Source: Eledone cirrhosa
Taxonomy: Eukaryota
Length of the DNA stretch: 64,000 nt
Assembly (NCBI GenBank): GCA_964016885.1
Contig: OZ024741.1
Coordinates: 8,866,001 to 8,930,000, forward strand
Direction of reading: 5' to 3'
How positions within the stretch are numbered: the stretch's first letter is position 1; each line of letters opens with the position of its first letter. The translations under genes and the position numbers were made by a program. Below are positions 54,851 through 64,000 of the stretch, one piece after another. A model generated the notes under the pieces. The model did no database searches. It was not told the origin of the DNA and saw only the letters and a list, made by a program, of their open reading frames with translations.

Positions 54851-55713
54851 GTTGTTTTGCATGTAAAAATTGTAGACCACAGCCAGAGAACTGTCAGTCT
54901 ATTGACTAGCAGGAAATCGTTTACAGATGTTATGTCTGTTCTTTCTTCTTTCACAACATAATGGCCTTTGCTCCAGGAATTACCTGACTGACCCCTTTTG
55001 TGCAACCACCACTCAGTCACTACTAACTCATTCTTCTCTCCTTCGCTCCACACTCAGATTGAATCTACCCTCATGTCCTACTAAAACCACTACACCCAGT
55101 CCTTCCTAAACATGACGTCGGCTCTTTGGGATCACCATTGTATTTGTTCCTGAGCTGCCAACCTTCCGTTGTTCAAGATAACAGCTACTTCAGGAAGGTC
55201 CAAATGCTGTGGTGGATGATGCATTAGCATGATCTGAGGATATTCCAACAGAAGAGAGTCCTGGATGATATGAGCAGGTGTTGTTACTTGCGAGGTATAA
55301 GTCTTTGATGGAGCACGTCTGTTGGGCTGAGCCACACTTTAGGGTAGATCACAGAACAATGTTGGGTGTTCAGTGGAATATCAACTATGGAATTCTATAG
55401 AACATTAGAAGATAGCGACGATGGTCTGTCAGTGATTCCTAGCATTGACTAGGACAGTCCGTGTAGTCCAGAGAACTTGTAGATCAGGAACAACTTCCGA
55501 AAGTCTTTGGCTTGGGAGTGTCGCAGGAGGTTTTGACAGTTCGGGTTAAACTCAACAGACAAGGCCATGCTTGAGCAATCAGCAATCAGACTTCTCTGGG
55601 ATGCCTGAAGACTAACGTAACCATCAGACACACATCTGTTTTATACAGGTGTATTATAGATTTGTGGGTTGATGTCAAGATGTGATTGTTATGTGTGGAA
55701 CTATTATATGAGT

Positions 55714-55790
55714 CTTCTTCTTCTTCTTCTTCTTCTTCTTCTTCTTCTTCTTCTTCTTCTTCTTCTTCTTCTTCTTCTTCTTCTTCTTCT
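55714..55790. repeat. (TTC)n microsatellite
   Basis: Direct reading. Confidence 0.95.
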
Positions 55791-56139
55791 CCGTTGGAAA
55801 TGAAGAGTGGGGAGTGTCCCTCAACTTGATGACTATAACAAAGAAAGTCGTGACACTCTAGTGACACAGAGTTTTCAACATCTTCAAACACCAGTTGAAG
55901 AGAATTGTCGAGTTAGTAAGGGAGGTGTTTCCTTCAATTTTATGACGAAAGGATCAGCGTGGTGAAATTATTCTTGGCCAAATTATACTTTAATGGCTGT
56001 AGGCTGGTGGCAGTTTTTGTTGTTCTTGTTGTTGTTGTTGTGACAGCTCACACCTATGCAGGTTTAGCTGGCCTCCTCCAAGGTATATCTAGTTGGAGGT
56101 GTCTTGGGTAACTTAATGATAGGGACCCCAGTCCTATCA

Positions 56140-56285
56140 TCTCATTTCTACAGCTGAGTAAACTGGAGCAACGTGAAATAAAGTGTCTTGCTCAAGGAGA
56201 CAACACATCACCAGGTCCGACAAATGAACTCACAACCTTTCGATTGCAAGCCCAATGCTCTAACCACTAAGCCATGCACCTTCAC
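56140..56285 (-). mobile_element. tRNA-derived SINE 5' half
   Basis: CAGCTGAGTAAACTGGAGCAACGTGAAATAAAGTGTCTTGCTCAAGG..CTAACCACTAAGCCA..CCTTCAC. Confidence 0.8.
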
Positions 56286-56433
56286 AACCCTAACCCTGGC
56301 AGCAAGTCAGAGTAATGCAAGGTTTTGTGTTAGGCTCCCTAAATCACTTGATGTTGTTTTCTCCTAGATAGGTGGATCCCTTGTTGGTATTTTTGTTATT
56401 GTTATCCATTGTTTTATATATTTTATTTGAATT

Positions 56434-56823
56434 AGCAGTATCGGTGGAGGGGCTGACGCCATGTTAGGGTGGTGGATTGGCAGTATCGGTAGAGGGTCGA
56501 ACACCATAATATGGTGGTGGATTGGCAGTATCGGTAGAGGGTGGGACGCCATGTTAGGGTGGTGGATTGGCAGTATCGGTAGAGGGTGGGACGCCATGTT
56601 AAGGTGGTGGATTGACAGTATCGGTAGAGGGTCGGACGCCATGTTAAGGTGGTGGATTGGCAGTATCGGTAGAGGGTGGGACGCCATGTTAAGGTGGTGG
56701 ATTGGCAGTATCTGTAGAGGGTGGGACGCCATGTTAGGGCGGTGGATTGACAGTATCTGTAGAGGGTGGGACGCCATGTTAGGGCGGTGGATTGACAGTA
56801 TCGGTAGAGGGTCGGACGCCATG
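56434..56823. repeat. 45-bp G-rich minisatellite, about 8.5 copies
   Basis: ATGTTAGGGTGGTGGATTGGCAGTATCGGTAGAGGGTGGGACGCC at 45-bp steps from 56461. Confidence 0.95.
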
Positions 56824-56849
56824 CTTTGCAGCATAGTTATGTCCCTTTA

Positions 56850-56966
56850 CGGTATGAGTTCAAATTCTGCCGAGGTTAACTTTGCTTTTCATCCTTACGG
56901 GGTCGATAAAATAAAGTACCAGTGATACACTGGAATAATTGCTGACCTTGTGCCAAAAGTAGAAAC
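56850..56966 (+). mobile_element. SINE fragment of another family
   Basis: GAGTTCAAATTC B box then GCCGAGGTTAACTTTGCTTTTCATCC..GTCGATAAAATAAAGTACCAGT; relatives at 51960-52052(-) and 59695-59820(-). Confidence 0.7.
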
Positions 56967-57533
56967 AATTATTGTTGTTCTTACTCTTCCTCATTTGTCT
57001 ATTTTATGACAAATGAATTCCTCGCGGATTTTTGTTAGATTTGTTTTTCTATTTCGTCCTCGTACTGTCTCCAACACGTTGTTGTCAACAGAAGATAGTG
57101 TTGTTATAGAGGGTAGTAGGAGAGGGGAGGGGGAGAAGAAGAAGAAGAAGAAGAAGAAGAAGAAGAAGAAGAAGAAGAAGAAGAAGAAGAAGAAGAAGAA
57201 GAAAAGAAAACATTCGTACAAACAACAACAACAACAACAATAAACTCCTACTCGTTTCAGTTTCGCCCATAATATATACACACGCCTAAACAGTGTCGGT
57301 CATAAATATACATACATGACACTATATATATTTGTTTGGTTATGTATATATATATGTTTGTTTATCTATGTAAGTATATATATAGATGTTGATTTATCTC
57401 TGTATATATATATGTTTGTTTATTTACGCACACACATGCACACACACACACATACACACATATATTATATATATTATATATATTGTATATGTATATATAT
57501 GTATATATATATATATATGTATGAATATATGTA

Positions 57534-57595
<62 letters not shown>

Positions 57596-57605
57596 AATAT
57601 ATGTA

Positions 57606-57694
<89 letters not shown>

Positions 57695-57813
57695 TAGTGA
57701 AAGAGTGAAGAATAACATGGCCGGCTGTACAAAGAGAGTTCTATTTACAGTATATATATATATATATATATATACTTACACACACACACACACACACACA
57801 CATACACACACAG

Positions 57814-57878
<65 letters not shown>

Positions 57879-58063
57879 ATATATTTATACATACCTATAT
57901 ATATTTGTGTATGTACATGTACGTATTGATATAAAGCAATTGGAACCAACATCAACATGATATTGAAACGACAGACAAGTTGTCGTCTGCCACTGTAGAC
58001 GGTCATATAGCTTTTATTGTAACTGATGTTTTCATTTAGCGAACAGACAGACAGATGATATGT

Positions 58064-58700
58064 TTGGCCGCCAAGGATCGATGTAAATAGGCCTACCATA
58101 ACTACAATAGCAACACCAAATACCGCCATCACACCTTGTTATTGCTAACATGGCCGCCAACGATCGATGTAAATATCCCAGCATAACTACAATAGCAACA
58201 CTAAATACCGCTATTTTCATGCAGCCGCAACCTGGTGCAGTCTGCGACTAACCCAGGTTCTGCTGCACGTCGGGCTGAGGAAGCCAAGCTCCTAAAGGAC
58301 CGGTCGCTCTCCGACAGGTTTGTGGTTGAACCCTTGGAAGTGGATACTTCTGGTTTCCTCGGCCTTAGGGCTACCTCCCTACTCACCACCATAGGCGCTG
58401 AGCTGGCCAGCCGCAGGTGTGAGCACCGCGAGTTGGAATGGCTTTTCCAGCGCGTCTCCCTTGCCGTCCTCCGGGGCAACGCCATCTCCATTCTGTGCCC
58501 CGGGGCTGTGGGGAGGCCATCAATACGATTGACTGACTTGTCATTTTATCAGTCAGATATATAATTATTATATTGTCAGTGATGAAGCAACAATATCGCC
58601 ACCACACCTTGTTATTGCCATCATGGCCGCCAACGACGATGTAAATAGCCCCAGCATAACTACAATAGCAACACTAAATACCACCATCACACCTTGTTGC
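58064..58700. repeat. ~86-bp tandem repeat (about 3 units) interrupted by a CRE-like insertion
   Basis: TGGCCGCCAA..ATGTAAATA..CATAACTACAATAGCAACAC at 58065, 58151 and 58624. Confidence 0.8.
58212..58560 (+). mobile_element. 3' fragment of a CRE-like RLE non-LTR retrotransposon
   Basis: AARRAEEAK..FVVEPLEVDTSG..WLFQRVSLAVLRGNA resembles the CRE-clade C-terminus; GC-rich island. Confidence 0.7.
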
Positions 58701-58834
58701 CATCATTACAACCAACGAAACGAGAGGGCTTCTACCTGATCACACAGCCTGCTAGAAATAGCAGAGAAATATTGCCTGTGTTACCTATTGTAAACTGATA
58801 TTACTCCCCAACAATGGACCTCAGGCGGTCTCGA

Positions 58835-59125
58835 GGACGAGTGTTCTAGCCTGCTCGGGAAATTAACATGTCAATGGCTGAACATTCCACAGACACGTGT
58901 ACCCGATATGTCAATGGCTGAACATTCCACAGACACGTGTACCCGAAATGTAATTCTCAAGGTGATTCAACATAGTACTGTGAGAGTATAGCTGATCCTT
59001 TGAATTACATATGACGGGCTTCCACACAGTTTCTGTCTACATAATTTCCCTCACAAGACACAGGTTAACCCGAGGCTATGTTAAATGATACCTCACAAGA
59101 TACCACGCCGTAGTATTGAACTCGG
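58835..59125 (-). mobile_element. Composite SINE homologous to 42970-43285, with a short internal tandem duplication
   Basis: Shared ACACAGTTTCTGTCTACATAATTTCCCTCACAAGACACAGGTTAACCCGAGGCTATG. Confidence 0.7.
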
Positions 59126-59164
59126 GTGGTGGCGGAACGTGGTACCAGTGAGGGTGATATCTTG

Positions 59165-59685
59165 TGATGGTGGTGGGTCATGATGGTGGCGGTTTGTGGT
59201 GACTCGGCGGTGGTGGTGGTGGAGATAGTGGTAAAGATGGTGGTGGAGATGGTGGGGGAGATGGTGGTGGGGATGGTGGTGAAGACGGTGGTGGTGGTGG
59301 TGGTGGTGGTGAAGATCGTGGTGGAGATGATGGTGGAGATGGTGGTGATGGTGGTGGTGGTGGTGGTGGTGGTGGTGGTGGTGGTGGTGGTGGTGAAGAT
59401 GGTGGTGGAGATGGTGGTGGAGATGGTGGTGATGGTGGTGGTGGTGGTGGTGAAGATGGTGGTGGAGATGATGGTGGAGATGGTGGTGGAGATGGTGGTG
59501 GAGATGGTGGTGATGGTGGTGGTGGTGAAGATGGTGAAGATGGTGGTGGAGATGATGGTGGAGATGATGGTGGAGATGGTTGTGGGGATGGTGGTGGAGA
59601 TGGTGGTGATGGTGGTGGTGATGGTGGTGGTGGTGAAGATGTGAAGATGGTGGTGGCGATGAAAGGTGGAGATGGTGGTGGTGGT
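59165..59685. repeat. (GTG/GAGATG)n array
   Basis: Direct reading. Confidence 0.9.
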
Positions 59686-60559
59686 TTGTTTTATCTACTG
59701 GTATATTTTTATTTTATCGACACCCGCAAGGAAGAAAGGCGAAGTTAACCTCGGCGGGATTTGAACGTAGAACACAAAGAAGCGGGACAAGGTATTTCAT
59801 CCGATGCTCTATCAATTCTGTAAATTTACTAATAAAAAGAATAACACAAAACAAACATACAGAACAATCATAAAAACTTTCCTTCGATGATCTGAAGGCC
59901 CCCATATATAGATGTTGTTAGGTTCACAAGTCAGGTCTACAAATGTTGTGGTAGAAGCAGGTTCGTGCAAAGGTTCTAATAAGACCATACCACCCCCAAC
60001 GTTGTTTATACGCTTATACCAGGCGCAAAACATGGGCCATATTTCAAACTGCTTGTTGTGTATTTTAGAAATGAGAGGTAAATATGTATGATTTATTTAA
60101 TGATGATTATGATTATGATATAACTGAGTAACAGAACAGAATCAAAGAATTAGAGCACAGCGCGAGTAGCCTCCCAGAATCGTAGACCAATGCCAAGAGA
60201 CTCCCATATCTAACCCTTCTAATCTGGCCCGCGGAGCAGGAACGACAGCTATCAAGAAAACATAACTATTAAGTAGTGTAAATATGTCATAGACTTGTGT
60301 ACTTCTAAACCAGTTGGAAAAATAGAAAACTAAAACTCTGCATACACAGAAAGCAGATTTTATTTTATGGTAATTCTGACATGAAGAATTTTCAGCCTTA
60401 AATATCCAACATGTGAATAAGAGAAATTGTATGAGGTTAGCAAGTACAGTCATATTGCAACCATATTTCCAGTCCCAAATCTTATCAGACTGATAGAGAA
60501 CATTTGCATACGTATAATATATTTATAGCTGTTTATATCGCACAAACTATATGTATATG

Positions 60560-60601
<42 letters not shown>

Positions 60602-60639
60602 TATATATATACACATACACACACATATATATACATATA

Positions 60640-60710
<71 letters not shown>

Positions 60711-60713
<3 letters not shown>

Positions 60714-60858
60714 CGAAGGAAATGTGGTAAGGAACCAGGTGGACCATAACGCACCAAAGTACTCAATACTTAGGGTAGTAGAGTGGGTAATAGGAACAAG
60801 TAAGACCCGAATTAGCCGTCGAAACGACTTGAGCTCAGCCGTCGGGGTCTTACTTGTT

Positions 60859-60862
<4 letters not shown>
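60711..60862 (-). mobile_element. Family D fold-back: 80-nt tail plus ~20-bp inverted arms, in (TA)n
   Basis: TAGGAACAAGTAAGACCCGA ... TCGGGGTCTTACTTGTTCCTA; tail homologous to 53867-53946. Confidence 0.85.
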
Positions 60863-60898
<36 letters not shown>

Positions 60899-60911
60899 TA
60901 TATATATATAC

Positions 60912-61022
<111 letters not shown>

Positions 61023-61358
61023 TGTTTGTGTATTTGTGAGTGTGTATAATGTATATATATATATATATATATACATATATGTATTTATGTAGGTGTATGT
61101 GTATGTATATATACGTACATATATATATATATATATATAATTACATTAATAAAGATGCTGATGTTACATAAATCGTTTATTCGTTATAATTATTTCAACG
61201 GTTCTCCCATGCAATCAAGATGTAATTCATGCATTTGTTGCTGTTATCGGAACGGTATCCTCAGATGAAATTCGATTCTCTGATATGCTGCCGGCAGGAA
61301 AAAAAAACACACGTCCTTCTGCTCGTGCGTCCAGCAGGCACACACACACACGGGCGAG

Positions 61359-61405
<47 letters not shown>

Positions 61406-61407
<2 letters not shown>

Positions 61408-61517
61408 AATACACGCACATTTAAAGAAGGTACTCAATACATAGGTAGAGTATAGACATTTTTATTATATATAGAAAGGACTTCTACAGGACTAGAACTG
61501 TTTCATCCGTATGAAAC
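61406..61517 (-). mobile_element. Family C terminal-repeat remnant
   Basis: Minus reads GAAACAGTTCTAGTCCTGTAGAAG..AATAAA..TACTCTACCTATGTATTGAGTACC. Confidence 0.6.
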
Positions 61518-61579
61518 CAAAATGTACAAAGCTGTATTTTTTAGGCTTTTAGAAGCGTTGAGAATATATGTATGTGTAT

Positions 61580-61789
61580 AAAGTACTCAAGCGCAGAAAT
61601 GCTATAAAGATGGCCCATGAAATAGGATGAATACCCTTAAAAGATGGAAAAAGAAGTTACCATCGGCCACTATGAAGATTCGAACGCCATATATTCCAGG
61701 TATCGGCCAATGGTAACCTCTTTTTCCGCCTTTTAACGGTCTTCACCTTATTTTATAAGCTATCTTTATAGCATTTCTGCCTTGAGCAC

Positions 61790-61792
<3 letters not shown>
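61580..61792. repeat. Diverged inverted repeat with ~88-bp arms between microsatellites
   Basis: AAAGTACTCAAG.GCAGAAATGCTATAAAGAT ... ATCTTTATAGCATTTCTGCCTTGAGCACTTT. Confidence 0.75.
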
Positions 61793-61830
<38 letters not shown>

Positions 61831-61847
61831 TCACACATTCACACATT

Positions 61848-61899
<52 letters not shown>

Positions 61900-61902
<3 letters not shown>

Positions 61903-62895
61903 TGCGGACTGGCCAGGTTGCCTGGTTGTCCGATGGCAAGTGCGCCCCAGTGGTCCCACGGTAGCATTGCAGGGTCCACCTGTAGTATTTTAGAGGCCAA
62001 TGCATTGTTTTAAAAAAATACATAAGAAAGAATAGAATTAAAAAAATAAAACAATTAAGCAAAGCTTTTGGTTAACCAAGGAGGGGGAGAAATGGGATGC
62101 ACCAGAAATGAAACATGGATTGCAGGTTAAAATGAAGTCTAGATAGATGAGAAACAAAACGAGGATGTAGTTTATGGAACACCCAAATGATTTAGAAGTC
62201 GACCTTAAGTAGGAGTAATAACATTAAGAAAGACATGAACGACACCGCAACACTTTGTTTTGAAAGTAGGTTTATAAGTATGAATTTTCATAAGATTTTC
62301 GTGTTTGTCTCTCTGGCCCAGTGGTAGGTACTAGAGCCAATGGGGATTCTGGGCATGAGTGGGCATGAGTTCAATCCTGGTCAAGAAGTACATGTAACCT
62401 TTTTCATTTTTTATTTTACAACCCATAGAAAAAAAACTGAATAAGTTTACTCGGAACCCTTCTCCCGACCAGGATCGAACTTCAGCCAAGGATGACCATC
62501 GACTACGATTCCTCCAACTAGGTCACTGAGACAGCTACAGTAGTGTAATGAAAATTGATAATTATAAACCTACTTTCAAAATCACAGTTAAAAAGATGTG
62601 GTGTCGTTCATGGCTTTCCTTGTGCTATTAGTTATATTTAGGGTCGACTTCTGGTCATTATTGAAAGTCTCTTGATTTCGCAAAATACATAATATTTCTT
62701 ATTGGAGAGGTAAGATATTTTCCACAAAAATTTGATGTCACTGTTTTTTTTCCACTTATGTATCTTTCGAAAATTTTATTTATTCATCATACATAAAAAT
62801 TAAATAATAGCATTCTATATGTAATAGCATTCTATAGGTAGGTGGGCCCCCGTCATCTCCTGGCAACCTATATTTTTTTACCCAGTCCGCCACTG
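61900..62895. mobile_element. Putative MITE / non-autonomous DNA transposon with hAT-like TIRs
   Basis: CAGTG-CGGACTGG at 61900 versus CCAGTCCGCCACTG ending 62895; subterminal AGGTTGCC / GGCAACCT; another TIR-like start at 62910. Confidence 0.5.
62186..62659. mobile_element. Diverged ~200-bp inverted repeat, each arm carrying a tRNA-like A/B-box segment
   Basis: AGAAGTCGACC, CATGAACGACACC, TTTTGAAAGTAGGTTTATAA mirrored; B boxes GTTCAATCC (+) and GTTCGATCC (-). Confidence 0.7.
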
Positions 62896-62955
62896 TGTGT
62901 ATATATAAACAGTGGCGAACTGGGTCTAACCCAGAAAAAAGAGAGAAATAAATAA

Positions 62956-63910
<955 letters not shown>

Positions 63911-63912
<2 letters not shown>

Positions 63913-64000
63913 CAAAATCAGAGAGGCCAGTGAAATAGAACTTAGAAAGCCAAAGCTAAAAAGAAAAAAGAATGGAATAACAACAACACCCAAACAAACA
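63911..64000 (+). mobile_element. PLE family A right arm, runs off the window
   Basis: Reads IREASEIELRKPKLKRKKEWNNNNTQTN. Confidence 0.88.

Noticed and set aside
56286-56297. Telomeric repeat
   Set aside because: Only two hexamers; not an array

Overview
Eukaryotic, gene-free, repeat-saturated DNA. The SINE families and the extreme (TA)n/(CA)n/(TAA)n load resemble a coleoid cephalopod (Octopus-like); this is an inference, not verified. Bases 1-13778 are a 16-bp-unit satellite with kilobase higher-order duplications. The rest is microsatellite tracts colonised by retroelements. These include two families of Penelope-like elements (PLE; RT + Cys linker + C-terminal GIY-YIG, with hammerhead-type motifs in the 3' UTR), mostly as head-to-head inverted doublets anchored in (TA)n. 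There are also R4/Dong-type RLE fragments in (TAA)n/(TACA)n, an RTE LINE, a CRE-like fragment, tRNA-derived SINEs, minisatellites and many short fold-back (palindromic) inserts. The most striking pattern is that fold-backs of several unrelated sequence families follow one rule. One arm stops at a fixed base fused to (TA)n, while the other runs on into a 55-95 nt tail. That tail opens with a stem / 2-nt 3' bulge / stem-loop whose inner helix covaries between families (ACUC...UY-GAGUR in the short families, GUUU-CRA...UYG-CW-AAAC in the coding PLEs), a candidate cis-element for where PLE reverse transcription starts. No host protein-coding gene can be supported; nearly all ORFs in the track are repeat artefacts.
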